In this document: piece by piece, positions 12,885 through 25,171 of the stretch
How the letters are laid out: each line of letters opens with the position of its first letter
Numbering within the stretch: position 1 is the stretch's first letter
Origin: Callorhinchus milii
Taxonomy: Eukaryota
Length of the DNA: 64,000 bases
Reading direction: 5' to 3'
Assembly: GCF_018977255.1 (NCBI RefSeq)
Contig: NW_024704743.1
Location: forward strand, 30,258,001-30,322,000
Notes under the pieces: generated by a model
What the model was told of the DNA's origin: nothing
Databases searched by the model: none
What the model saw: only the letters and a program-made list of their open reading frames with translations
Made by a program: the position numbers and the translations under genes

Positions 12885-13240
12885 AATAACCCTTGCATTT
12901 GATATAGTGCCTTATCACGTCTTTGAAACGTCTCAAAGCGTTTCACAAAATATACCGTAAAGTGAATTGACTAGATTTTGTGGGCAAAACCTATCAACCA
13001 ATTGCGCACAGCAGTGTCCCACAAACAATTGTGGATTGAGTGACCAATTTTTATTATTTTTTTTGAAGGAATTATTACCTTCGGAAAAGCGATCCGCCAA
13101 TTGACTAACAACTAGGTTCCTACTTACTGCTAGGAGTGTGGAGTAAGGAAACTTGCTCAAGGTTTCGCCCTGCTGGGAATCGAATCCAGGTCTCTCGCTT
13201 GCAAGGAGAATGCTCTAACCACTGAGCTACAGGACTCCAC
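12885..13240 (-). mobile_element. Young tRNA-derived SINE, full-length long form
   Basis: Ends in ccactgagctacaggactccac (reverse complement of head); body and tail complete. Confidence 0.92.
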
Positions 13241-14641
13241 GATGACTGCATTGAGTTTGTTATATTGCACCAGTGGGACTCTTACATTGGGACTGCTGAG
13301 AAATAACTAACTGCAATTCAACAGGTGACATGTCTTTCAGTGCTTCCAGAGACCAGAAGCCTGGGATAAACAGCCCTGATTCTATAAAAGGGCAACATTT
13401 GTAAGTGATACATGTTTTACGGGGGCTTTGGGATCTGTATTCTAACTTTTAACACACAAAGTCTGACTCTTGTGTTTAACGTCTCTTTGGGAATATGGTA
13501 ACCAAATCATTTTACTAGAGCTTCTTATATGAAGTGCCATTGTAAAACCTAATACAACACAGACCTGGAGGCCCATTAAGAAGATACTTTGAAATTCCTG
13601 AATTATGTTTAGTGCCAGTGAAAACCAGTTGCTTTAAAAAGAATGACAATAATAGGCTGAGAAAAGGAGAAACTAATGTCAGGAAAATAAAAATTGCTTA
13701 GATTGAACTATCCACGCACAGTATCTGCATTCAATTATGACTTCTGGATGCTGTTTGAACATCTGGGCTCTTAATAAGCTTAGGAGGAAAGATAAAAGTC
13801 AGCTCAGTATATACTAAACTTAATGGATCCACTTTATTGTTTACTCAGATCCTCGTGAAAGATAAATATTGCAGGACTGTTGTTAGGTTTTGATTCCTTG
13901 ATGTATTTTATGGTCTTATAAAACATTCTGAACCGTTGGTCAAGTCTCACGGTGTTACAGAGAGAAATATAGGTCTCAGTAAATCCTCGGATTGTCCCTC
14001 ACGAAGATAAGATATTACCCCCAAACCATCCAGGTTTGCTGGTCTCTCCTCACCACTGACAAAAAGTAACGATTTTCACTTTATGTTCCATTCTATTTCA
14101 TTCTAACAACCTATATCTGGAATTTCCATCGGTAGTTGGGCTGTATAGAATTCCCAGTTTGGTTGGGATACTCTTAAGCATGGTGATGGGTTTCCACACG
14201 TGTCAGACACCTGGCTGATCCCCAAAAAAACTATTTTGGATAAAAGTCGCTTGGCCACTGAAGAAACTGAAAACTGGGTTCAGTCTGAGATTTGGGGAGC
14301 TGAACGATGCAAATTCTAAAATGGGATATTCCAGGATTTATCCTGGGAATCAGGCCAGGCCACTTGACTGAGGGGTTTGAGGTCTACTCTGTTCTTCGAA
14401 ATAACTCACTGTGTGAAGCACAAAGAGATGCTCTGATCTGATACAGCAGTTGTCCAGAACAGGGGGCTATATTGTTAAAATCTAGAAATCTGTTCACACT
14501 CATACACAATGCATAACCACGGTCTAGAAATGGCTTTAAACCCAACATATCTGGGTATTTTCTATATAGAGAAAATGTATATCTATGCCTTTATGGCCAA
14601 ATTTAATTTAGACTCCTTCCCTCTCTTTAATAAGCTAAGTC

Positions 14642-15171
14642 CACATCACTCCCACCCTCGCTCGCCTCCACTGGCTCCCCATCCCCCAGAGGATCGAATT
14701 CAAGATCCTCATCCTCACCTACAAGGCCATTCACGGCCTTGCTCCCTCCTACCTCTCTGACTTACTATCCCCCTACCTACCTGCCCGTACCCTCCGTTCC
14801 TCTGGCTCCGGTCTGCTCCACATCCCCCGCCCCAACCGCCTTACCATCGGTGGCCGGGCCTTCAGCCTCTCAGCCCCGAGGCTGTGGAACTCTATCCCCC
14901 AGTGCCTTCGCCGCCTCCTCCCTTTCCTCCTTCAAGGCCAGTCTCAAGACCTTTCTCTTTGACCGTGCCTTCAGCTCCCCTCTCGACTCTCTACCCCCTC
15001 CTCGCTCCTCCCTTCCCTCCCCCCTGACCATTTCCCCCCTCCTCGCTCCCTCCCTTCCCCTCACCCTGACCATTTCCCCCCTGCTCGGGTCCTGACCCAA
15101 CTGTATAGCGCTTTGAGACGTCCTCCCGACGTGAAAGGCGCTCTATAAATGGAATCTTGTTGTTGTTGTTG
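14642..15171 (+). mobile_element. Young L2 3' end, 5'-truncated, with TSD
   Basis: Near-identical to the reverse complement of 58563-59058 (HITPTLARLHWLPIPQRIEFKILIL...). Has a (GTT)n tail and taagtc duplicated at 14636-14641 and 15172-15177. Confidence 0.93.
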
Positions 15172-15847
15172 TAAGTCACTCATAACCCTGTGCAGCATCG
15201 TAATTTAAACTTGCTGTCTGCACTGATGGCTGGTAAGATAACATATTGTCTTACGGGTTACAGAACTTACTCAGAGAGCGATATAAAGCCTGAAGCTAAA
15301 GGCAGTTTCAAAAGCACTTCCATTACCCAAGGGATAACTCTTCACCAATTACTGTCCACATTCAGATTGGTTGACAGGGAAAAAAATGGTTTTGGTCAAT
15401 GCTTAGGCTTGCTACAGCCTGCATCTGTGACATTAGGAGTGTAGTAGTTGGTACTGTACAGTATTAAATAAAGTCAACTAATCTCACTGAAATCAGTGAA
15501 ATAACACTGAATCTATGAATCTGCCAAATACAAGAAAGGCTTGCACTGAATGGCCTTCCTATTCCCCCCCTTCTAAAAGCAACTTTAAAAAACTCAGGGC
15601 AGCCTGATGACGCAGAAAGTCAGTGCATTGACAAACTATACAATGTATGGCATCATAGGGCTCAGATTCCCACCTGAATCTCTCAATACATTATGGCCCG
15701 AGGTTCAGCAGGACCCACTGAAGGGAGAAGAGCAATGAACAGATACCGATTTGAGGTGTTTCCTTAGGGAGAGGAAGGGAAACCACGGTCCATACCTGCA
15801 GGATCCCGCACTGGCAGGTTACACAAGCTCCACTGCTTTATCTGATT

Positions 15848-16140
15848 GTGGAGTCCTGTAGCTCAGTGGTTAGAGCACTCGCCTTGCAAGCGAGACACCT
15901 GGGTTCAATTCCAGGCAGGGCGAAACCTTAGGCAAGTTTCCTTACCCCACACGTCTAATAATAATCCCTCCAAAACAAAAATAAATTGGTCATTTTCAAT
16001 CCACGACTGTTGGTGGGACACTGCCGTGTTTCGCCCACAAATATACGATCAATTCACTTTACAGTCTATTCTGTGAAGCTATTGAGACATCGAGAAGATG
16101 TGAAAAGCGCTATATCAAATGCAAATATTATTATTATTAT
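15848..16140 (+). mobile_element. Young tRNA-derived SINE, short form
   Basis: Well-preserved tRNA-Ala(TGC)-like head (ctcgc-cttgcaa-gcgag anticodon arm), small internal deletion and (TTA)n tail. Confidence 0.92.
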
Positions 16141-16666
16141 ACCTCATCTTTACCTCTATCTTCAGATTCCACATAAAAAGTACCTCTTCAACCACGTCTA
16201 TGGTCACTTCCCACTCCCCCTTCTTCTTTGCTCGCTGTCCAAGCACTCTGTGGAAACACTCCGTTGTTATCTTACATTAAGGGCACTATATAAATGCAAG
16301 TGATAGTTGTTATACCATAACATTATACTATACTATACCACCATCAACATTTCTGATGAGTTTTGACATGGCCACACATGTAATAATTAGTACATGTTAT
16401 GTTTTTCAGGTCCTAGCCAAGCATTTTAATACTGAAAGGCTGGCATGGAGAAAGCATTTTTTTTTGTCATCTCATGTATCCGATGCAGCTGCATTATAAT
16501 CAAAAAATACCAATATTCTTAGTTAAAGCGGAAAAAAATGGGTCCAAACATTTCCACGGCATCTTGCTCTGAGCAACATTTCTGGCTTTTATTCAGTCCA
16601 AAGCACAGACCTATTCCTGCAATTCTACTTCAGTTTTGTTGTCTACTTGTTCAAAATACTCTCGCT

Positions 16667-17085
16667 ACAACAGCTTGCATTTATATAGCGCCCTTCACGT
16701 GGGGCAGCATCCCGGGGCACTTGACAGTGGCGGAGTCTGACCCTGAGCCAGAGGAAGAGGCGGTGGGGGGTGGCAGGTGACCGTAAGCACAATCAAAAAG
16801 GAAGATCTTTAGGCTGGATTTGTGGGGAGGGAGGGGCAAGGTGGAGAGATTGAGGGAGAGAGATCCAGAGTTTCGGGGCATAATGGCTGAAGGCACTCCA
16901 ATGGAGGAGCCAGTTGAGCAGAGGCAGCAGGTGGTGGAGTGGGGGCGATACAAATCGAACAGGTAGGGAGGTGCGACGGCATGAAGCGATTTGAAAATGA
17001 ATGAGAGGATTTTGAAATCGATCCGTTTGGTACTTGGGACCCAGTGGAGCCTAGGACGGACCGATGCGATGGGGGCACAGAGTTT
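16667..17085 (-). mobile_element. Older L2 subfamily, 3' end
   Basis: acaacagcttgcatttatatagcgcccttcacgtggggcagc tail in reverse complement, plus an ORF2 C-terminal remnant (gaggattttgaaatcgatc...cagtggagc). Confidence 0.8.
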
Positions 17086-17149
17086 TGTGTGGGTGAACTA
17101 GAACCAAAGAAACATAACAATCTTAAAACTGTTATTCCCCTACACTGAA

Positions 17150-17610
17150 AAGATAAGGGGGCACAAGTTCAGGATTGTTGCTGGAAGAGTTAATGGAAGA
17201 TTTTCTTTTTGTACAGAAGGTTATTATATCATGGACTGCTTTGTCACAGGTGGTTATTCAAGTTATGACAACATCTAATTGGATTTGTAGTATATAGATC
17301 CAGTGGAGGAGAGATAGTACCAGAATAGATGTGAGGGACTGAATGACCTACTTCTACATGCTAATTCCTCTGATTCTATGATATAGTGGATCCTTCCTAG
17401 AATCCGAATTTTACAGCACAGAAGGAAGGCTATTTGATCCATTGTGTCGTGCCAGTTCTCTGAGAGAGCTATACATTTTGTCCCATTCCTCTGCCCTTTC
17501 CTCATACTTATATTTTTCATTTTCTAAATATTTTTCCAAATACCCCTTTAAAGGTTGTTATGGATTCTATTTCAACCACTGTTTTGGTAGGGCATTAATG
17601 TTCTAATACA
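17150..17610. mobile_element. Two CR1-type 3' ends, tail to tail
   Basis: The + copy ends gactgaatgacctacttct...tgattctatgat; the - copy begins tagaatccgaattttacagcacagaaggaaggctatttgatccatt. Confidence 0.6.
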
Positions 17611-18134
17611 ATAGCAATTTGCATTTATACAATACCCTTCACATACCATTAATGTCTTGAGAATCTTAATAGTTCTCTGTATATAAAATAAATCTTAAAT
17701 AACCCCTTTGATTTTTTTGGTAATAATCTTAATTGTACATTTTAATGAAAGGAAACCAAGTTTTGACTTGATAAGATATACTTGTATGAAGGAAAAACAG
17801 TGAAAATAGCTTCTCCTTTAACACAGTTCCTAAATTCTTTATGCACAAGGAAAGATCTATTGACTTTGCCAGGGGTATGGTTTCTAGATTGGCTTGGGAG
17901 CAGGTTCACTAGAGGTAGGATGTAATCCTTTCAGTTGGTCAATGCCCCTTGACCATGATCTCAGTCGAGCACAGTGAATTCCTACCACATATACCAATAT
18001 TCAAATTATTGAATTGAGATTTAACATTGCATTCATTCAGATACATGTTGAGTGACTAGTATTGATCTACAAGCACGGAATGACCAAGATCAAGAATTCC
18101 TTCCTTAATATTCTGTATCTTCAGTTTCCTCAAA

Positions 18135-18470
18135 AGACTCAATTGGTTGACTTGCTGCCTAGTGAGGTCCTGAGCTACACTGAGTCAGGAGTGCGGTATT
18201 TAGCATGCAGTGTCTGCCTCGCTAAGTCGATACATCACCTGGCGCCTGCGACTGACTGCAACACCCAATGTAAAGGAGAGAAATATTCATCAATGTTCAC
18301 CATTCCTGAGAGGTACGAAGTGAACGCTGCTGGAAAGTACCCCTGTGAGTGGATGTCGGGTGGAGATTGATGCTGAGCTCAGATGAGAATGATTACTTGG
18401 ACAAGTTACCTGTGGAACTGCACCCCTGCACCTGTCAGTCCTTCAGGATAGGAGGGAAGAAGGAGAATTA
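18135..18470 (+). mobile_element. Old SINE-like family (family B)
   Basis: ctgctggaaagt...gtggatgtcgggtg...gtggaactgcacccc...ccttcaggatagggaggg; homologous blocks at 21615-21920 (-), 37005-37230 and 49160-49395. Confidence 0.6.
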
Positions 18471-18974
18471 TTGTCATCATTTCCTTTCATATTTTCTTCA
18501 GCTTTTTACTTTTCTTTCTTTATTACATAGTCGTAGACCAAAATCTCAGAGCGTGTCTAGGTATTACTAATGGGTCAAACTATAGTAGAATTAATTGGTT
18601 AAGCTTGCAATGGCATAATCTTGTTACACAATGACACAAAGAAGCACTCTGTGCCCTACTTTCATGCCATTATTTTGTAGCACTGTACTAAAAGACAGTG
18701 GAATCACAAACAACAACCAAGTTAATTTGTTTTGGCCAGCTTAGTTTAGCTGAACGCATTAAGCAACGCAAGCTATAGAGACACAATTCTTTGAGCCATT
18801 AGCTGAGGTTCCCTCTGTTTTCCTGCCTTAGTTGGCTTGATAGATGTTTAGAAAGTATACCGATTATTACAAAGACACAGTATCCAAGCATTGCACCATC
18901 GCCACTGTTGCTTCATGAGGCCACTCCAGCCCACCATTCCAATTCAGTGATACTAATAATGCTACTACTATTAC

Positions 18975-19170
18975 TAATAATAATCCTTGCATTTGATATA
19001 GTGCTTTTCACGTCTTCTAGACGTCTCAAAGAGCTTCACAGAATATACTGTAAAGTGAATTGACCACATATATATATATATATATGTGTGGGCAAAACGC
19101 GGCAGCCAATTGCGCACAGCAGTGTTCCACAAACAGTTGTGGATTGAAAATGACCGATTAATTATTGTTC
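18975..19170 (-). mobile_element. Young SINE 3' half with internal (TA)n expansion
   Basis: Reverse-complement tail and body; (TA)n at about 19068-19085 has expanded from the tata motif of the body. Confidence 0.88.
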
Positions 19171-20625
19171 AAAATTTATTGATGTTTAAAAGGACAAGCT
19201 GAGCTTCAGTGCGCTAACACACACAGGCCACCTTCTGCGCTCACTTTCTTCTCTACTGTAACCAAGCAAATATAAAAATAAATTCAGAATTAAAACCCAG
19301 CCAACTGCCTTGACACCACAAGTAGTGCAGAAAATGAACAAAATAACCTTCAACATTAATGTAGCCAAGTGCTGCACTGTATTAGAAGCAACAAGCTCAT
19401 TAGAGTTTCCAGTGTTATTATGAAGGCTGCAGTACATAAAATATCACTCAGCAAATTTGCACTGTCATTTAGCACCCGACTGCTTGCAAAAGTGAAGCTC
19501 CCCAGCCTTTTCCAATGTGTTGATTGCTTTCCCTGCTAGAAATGCACTTACTCAAGGTAGTTTCTGAACACAACAAATGTTTTTATTTCAGCAAAGTCCA
19601 CACAATTCAGAACAACACGTTGTCAAGTAGAAGTGGATTAAAACTGAATGGGGCACTGAAAGGCAAAGTAATGCACCAACCGTTTGGCCTAACACTATCT
19701 GACTGCTTGGAGATTGCTGCAAAACCAGCAGTTGAGCTGAACGGATTACTATGTCCCACTGTAATAAAATCATACTGATGGGGCAGTATAACATTTGGAT
19801 GAATTACCTTAATATCAAAGACATCACAGTGGCTGTCATTTCATGATACTCTAATTGCAAAGCCAGATGGAGCTTGATAAAATATACTTATATCAAGGAA
19901 AAGCTGGGACACAGGAGGCATGGTGCAATGGCTTTACATTTCTACTTGCCTAAATTATCATACAACTGGCTGTAATTGTGAGCTATGTTATCATCTAAAT
20001 ATTGTACTAAGGCTGAACGCTTTAACTGACCGGTTTAATGATTTGGGTTCATTATGATATGGAAAACAATAGATTGATGGGGAAAAGTTCTTAGCATTTC
20101 CCCCATCCCATGTCAATCTGTTTCTATTTAAAGACTAAACAAAATAGACAACAGGGATAGTCTACAGCTATTCATTTTATATAGGGCAAAAGGCAACCAT
20201 TTTGTATACAGTACATTTATCAAGTGAGACTTCATTTGGTAAAATAACATCAAGTGTTATTAAGATAAAAGCATTTTAATTCAATAATATTCCAGTGACC
20301 AAAGTTATATTAATATAAAAGGAAGTTAATATCTGTCTTGCTCGTTCAGCTTATTTTAACAGTAAGAAATGAGGTCTGCATTTTAAACTGTCCATCCACC
20401 TCGCAGTCATCAAAGCGATGGATTACTTATCTCAGAATCATTAACTTGACATAATGTAACATCCTTTCATGCTCGCTGTGATGATTCCCTTTTTAAGTGT
20501 TATTACTCATTGGCACCTTTGCTTGTGAAGTATTACTAGCTATGACCATGCAAAGGCATCCGGAATTTGTCACTGATGCAGCAAGATGTCCTTTATTGAT
20601 AAATGCTCTAAGATTTATAACATTA

Positions 20626-20920
20626 GCAGGGTGAAATGTTGGGCAAGTTTCCTTACTCCACACGCCTCTGTTTACCTAGCAGTACGTAGGAAACCAGTTG
20701 TTAGTCGATTGGGGAATTGTTTTTCCGGGGTAATAATTCCTTAAAAAAAATTGGTGACTTCAATCCACTACTGTTTGTGGGACACTGCTGTGTGCAATTG
20801 GATACTGCATTTCGCCCACAAAATATACAGTCTATTCACTTTACAATATATTCTGTGAAGCTCTTTGAGAATTCTTGAAGATGTGATAAGGTGCAAATGC
20901 AAGGATTATTATTATTATTA
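20626..20920 (+). mobile_element. Young SINE long form, 5'-truncated
   Basis: gttgggcaagtttccttactccacacgcctctgtttacctagcagta... through to (TTA)n. Confidence 0.9.
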
Positions 20921-21614
20921 GAAGACATAGTAAAACAGGGTGAATTATTGCAGTTTGACCACTATAAGTTTATAATACTACTTCAAAACCCTAAATGCAG
21001 GCTGTGTTATTATTTAGCTAGCAAGCCATATGCAGAAAAACTCCTTCATACGTTATTTTGAAAACATATAACCAACACTATGTGATGGTTAGGACCTCCA
21101 TTTGAGCAAGGGTTAATGGTGTGTGTCCACTGTGAATTGGGAACTGACTGGAACTGGAAGCATAGTACGGAAGCATAGCCTGGCTTCTGGTGCCCACTCG
21201 CTAGCTTCGTGTACCACAAAGTGTCCGACTTCCAGGTTGGCATTGACATAATTTCCTACTTATTCCACATGTTTGCTATGCAGACAGTCACGTTACAATG
21301 GGTTGCCCTGTATTTGTTAACTTTGTGGTTACTGTGTTTTTTAAAAACATTTACTGGCAGTTGCAGCAAATAATTACTTGGAATTGAAAGTGTGTTATTT
21401 GCTACCTGGATTCCCTAATAGCAAATAGGTACTCCTGACAGTAGCGAGAAGTATTTTAGGTTGACATAAGGCAACTCTGCTCTGGAAATAGATCCCATTG
21501 GACAGATAGTTGTCGTGGTTCAGTGTGATGCACTTTTAGTTACTGTTACTTGTTGCTTCTTATGCCTTTAGTTCTCCCAGACCTTGCTTAAGTAATTATT
21601 TTTCATATGTAAGA

Positions 21615-21920
21615 TCACGCAGTGGCTGTCAGCAGGCTTTGTGTCACGAGGGGAGAGTATAGTCTGATCCTATGTACACCTAAAGTCTTCACACAGGCAC
21701 TTTCTAGCAGGAGTGACTGGATGGCAATGAGGAGTGAGAACCCAAGCTGATTTATCCTCCCTTGACCAGTCATCCCGAGGGCAACTGTAACACTACCATG
21801 TGCTGCACTGGCAGCGATTAGATAACTTGTCATGCATTGGGCATTGAATAGAACCTTTGAAGTCTACATGGATCAGTGCCACACTGGGCAATGCCTTTGC
21901 CAACTAAGCCATCAGGGCAG
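21615..21920 (-). mobile_element. Old SINE-like family (family B)
   Basis: Reverse complement reads ccctgatggcttagttggcaaaggcattgcccagtgtggcactga...aaatcagcttgggttctcactcct...cctgctagaaagtgcctgtgtg, homologous to the 18135 and 49160 copies. Confidence 0.6.
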
Positions 21921-22229
21921 CTGCAATACGTGTTTCTGAGAGGGTTTTAGCTGGCAGCGACAGCTTCTGGCTAGTCTGCCAGTCTCTCTCCAGTAATTAA
22001 TCCTGTTGTTTATTCCACGGCAACGATGGGGAGGAACACAACAATTAGTATGGGCTGGCTGATGCATTGACCATTAGGCTTTTTGAAATTAGTGGCGATA
22101 TTACAGTATAGTACAGAATTACTGTACTGAGGTTTTTAATGTGTCTCCCTCAATGGTTATTCAGTGAGTTTACCCAGTGAATCACTGAACCATGCTGAAT
22201 GGGAAGGTTCAATACTCTACTCAGAGAGT

Positions 22230-22400
22230 AAATAACAACTGGTACAAGTTACCGTGAGGGATGGTTGAGGCCAAGACACTGGATTGATTTAAGAAACAGC
22301 TTAATGCTGTGAAGGGACAGTCGGATGGGTCTTCTGGAAGGATGAGTTCAAATGGATCAAAGAGCCTTCTTCATCCGAACCTCTCTTTGATCTTGTGAAC
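22230..22400 (+). mobile_element. CR1-type 3' end
   Basis: gaggccaagacactggattgatttaagaaacagctt...ccttcttcatcc...ttgatcttgtga is shared with 34815-35150 and 45020-45090. Confidence 0.7.
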
Positions 22401-22435
22401 CTCCATTTCTGGACTATGTTGACTTGGTGGATCTT

Positions 22436-22475
22436 ACACACACATATACACATGCACACACACGCACACACACAT

Positions 22476-22510
<35 letters not shown>
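22436..22510. repeat. Imperfect (CA)n microsatellite
   Basis: Seen directly in the sequence. Confidence 0.95.
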
Positions 22511-22511
<1 letters not shown>

Positions 22512-22759
22512 TTGCACATGTACGAACAATTACCAACGTCTTGAGAACAAAAAGCAGAATCACCAGCATTCTGTTAACTGATAATTGTAAGTCCCGCAAC
22601 AGATAACATAGCGAGTATATGGGCTTTGGATAAGCGATCAGTGGTGGGGGAGGGAGGAGTGCCCACTTCTGGCACAGACAGGGAACACTCGATGTGATCA
22701 ATATTAAATGGAGAAAGAGACCCTATTGTCCAGTCCCACTCAGAGCGGTACTGTTACAA

Positions 22760-22882
22760 AATAATAAAATAATAATAATAATCCTTGCATTTGTTATAGC
22801 GCTTTTCACGTCTTCTAGACGTCTCAAAGCACTTCACAGAATATACTGTAAAGTGAATTGACTGTATATTTGTGGGCGAAAT
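22760..22882 (-). mobile_element. Young SINE tail fragment
   Basis: aataatccttgcatttg...cacgtcttctagacgtctcaaagc...gtgggcgaa. Confidence 0.88.
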
Positions 22883-23304
22883 GAGTTATTTGGGAGAATT
22901 GAAAGTATTTACTGTTACGCTGCCCCTGTCTGCCTGTCTCTGTATCACTGCATTTGTGATTATTTAATCATGTGTGCATTCAGGAGAGTACCGAGTTGAA
23001 AACTTATTGCGGTTAATGCAAAATAAGGATTGGCATGGAGTTTGGTTCTGGTGGTTCTTAATCATTTGTAACAGTCAAAATAAGGAGCAAAGTTTCATCA
23101 TCTCTGTAAACTAATCGTGTAGTAGTGGTGGGAGCAGCAGCTGCTGTGCCATCATATTAGTGGGAACTGTCCAACTGGCACAAGGACGATGAATTGCAGG
23201 GCTGGAGCAGGCAGATGGAAGAGGCATGGCAGGGCAAGTATGGGACTGGTGCCCATAGAGACAGGCCACATTGTTAGACTGGTGCACTTTAGCTTGTTTT
23301 TATT

Positions 23305-23417
23305 TTTTTCGCCCACAAAATATACAGTCAATTCACTTTATAGTATATTCTGTGAAGCGCTTTGAGACGTCCTGAAGCATGATAAGGCGCTATACCAATG
23401 CAAGAATCATTGTTATT
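23305..23417 (+). mobile_element. Young SINE tail fragment
   Basis: ttcgcccacaaaatatacagtcaattcacttt...gataaggcgctatacc. Confidence 0.85.
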
Positions 23418-24117
23418 TTTTTTGTTCATATATGTTTATCAATGCAATACATTTATACAGTCTGTCTCATGAATGTTTCTTCAATGCAAATCTGTGTCGC
23501 TGCCTGCTTCCTTTCAGAATTCATTTCAGCTCAGAAATATGGAGAAAATTAAATGTAATGGAAGTGAAATGGATGAAATTACAATTTCTATTTAATTTTG
23601 CTGGGTTTCCAAAATGTTCCTAAACTGTACCATGTGTGCACGGATGCTTTAAAAGTCTGACCCACAACCAGTTTGGAAAGATTTTGTGAACAAATTGAAT
23701 TAGTATGGGATCAGGGTTGCGATTGGCTGAATGCCGGACTTTCAAAATCAATTAAAGAAGTTCTTATAGATGCTTTTGTATGTGATGTAATCACGGGCGC
23801 CTGGCATCAGACAGCTCAAGGCTCCACTCAGTACTCACTCAGAACATACTGTGTACAATGTATTCCATCCACTCAGTTACATGTTTCAGGGCTCAGACGA
23901 TAGTCCCTAAGCTGCTCAGCTCGTCATCTGAGCCATACGAAGTGCTGTTGTTTGGTAGCAGACTCCCAGCTTTGTATGACATGAGGAGGTTGAATTGAGA
24001 AAAGACCTTTCAACTCCCAAAGACTGTGTTTAGTCCACTCTACCAATGACCCGCAAGGATCTGCTACCTTTCGCTCTGCCCATTCCTGGTACACAAACAA
24101 CGCAGACCTGAAGAATA

Positions 24118-24269
24118 CAAAACACAAAATACTGCAGATGCTTGGAAATCTGAAACAAAAAACAGAGAGAGCTGGGAAAACTCAACAGGTCAAGCAGCAT
24201 CTATGGAGAAAGGAAAGTGAGTCAACGTTCCGGGTCCACGACCCTTCGTCAGAATTCTGTTTTTGTTTT
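24118..24269 (-). mobile_element. Penelope-like element terminal-repeat fragment with 13-bp TSD
   Basis: Resembles, from memory, the chondrichthyan Penelope repeat (aatactgcagatgc...ctcaacaggtcaagcagcatctatggag...aacgtt). gacctgaagaata is duplicated at 24105-24117 and 24270-24282. Confidence 0.7.
24219..24257 (-). ncRNA. Degenerate minimal hammerhead ribozyme motif
   Basis: Minus strand reads GAAUU-CUGACGA-A-GGGUC-GUG-GACCC-GGAA-CGUU-GACUC. The core GAAA is altered to GGAA. Confidence 0.55.
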
Positions 24270-24610
24270 GACCTGAAGAATAACTACCCGACCTTAATGT
24301 TCTACATCAATACAACTCATATTTCCAGATTAGTTTGGGAACCAACCTGTTGCATGTGACATACTCGCCCATACTTATTCTTATAATTGTTCATCCATAG
24401 AGTCCTGCCTTAGATGTCCCTATGGAACAACTGCATCTGATTTCAGATCGCAAACTGCAATGCTAAAAAATACATGGATAATATAGTAACAAAAGTTACT
24501 CAAGGATCAAAACACCTTTACAACTGTAACATGAGCGTAAAGTACTATAAAATAGTTAAAAACTTCACTCCTGGCACTTTAATCACTTACCAGCTGACAT
24601 TGCTTAAGCG

Positions 24611-24912
24611 GTGTCAGCCTGGTTGAGTTGGTAGTGCTTTCGTCTCTGAGTCACAAGGTGGTGAGTTTAAGACCCGTGTTGAGACCTTGACGCTATTTGA
24701 AAAGAGAAGGCAGTTTCTCCTGATGTCATAACCAATAATTCACCAAATAAAATTGGTCATTCACTTACATTGCTGTTTGTTGGACATAGCTGTGAATAAA
24801 TTGGTGTTGCATTTGCCTACAAATGCATAGTGATTACAATTTACAGTAAAATCATGTTAAATGCTTTGAGACGCTTCAACAACATGATAAGGCACTATAT
24901 CAAATTATTATT
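24611..24912 (+). mobile_element. Deu-domain SINE, internally deleted
   Basis: gtgtcagcctggttgagttggtagtgctttcgtctctgagtca head, ttgctgtttgttggacatagctgtg body and gataaggcactatatcaaa tail. Confidence 0.8.
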
Positions 24913-25171
24913 GTTAGTAATGAAGAATCTGGTTCAGACAAAATAGCAAAAACTACCGTTAAATATGCATTCACTATGTTTTACATTATGTCCTGTGAAG
25001 TGCTTTGTGATATTTTGATGATGTGATAAGGTGCTATATCAAATCCATGGCTTATTATTATTATAATGAGTTAAGATCATTAACTGGTATTCCATAGTCA
25101 GTTTACTCTCGATTTTGTTTGATTATGAGCAACTCCAGCTGAAATCCAGAGGAGATGATAAGTTCCCTCGA

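Noticed and set aside
15850..15922. tRNA-Ala(TGC)-like cloverleaf (also at 8500, 13165, 28009, 50621 and 61380)
   Set aside because: Each continues into the SINE body, the anticodon varies between copies, and the Ala G3-U70 identity pair is absent. These are SINE heads, not tRNA genes.
18062..18370. 102-aa ORF with a plausible acceptor and donor
   Set aside because: It overlaps a family B SINE copy and has no recognisable protein similarity.
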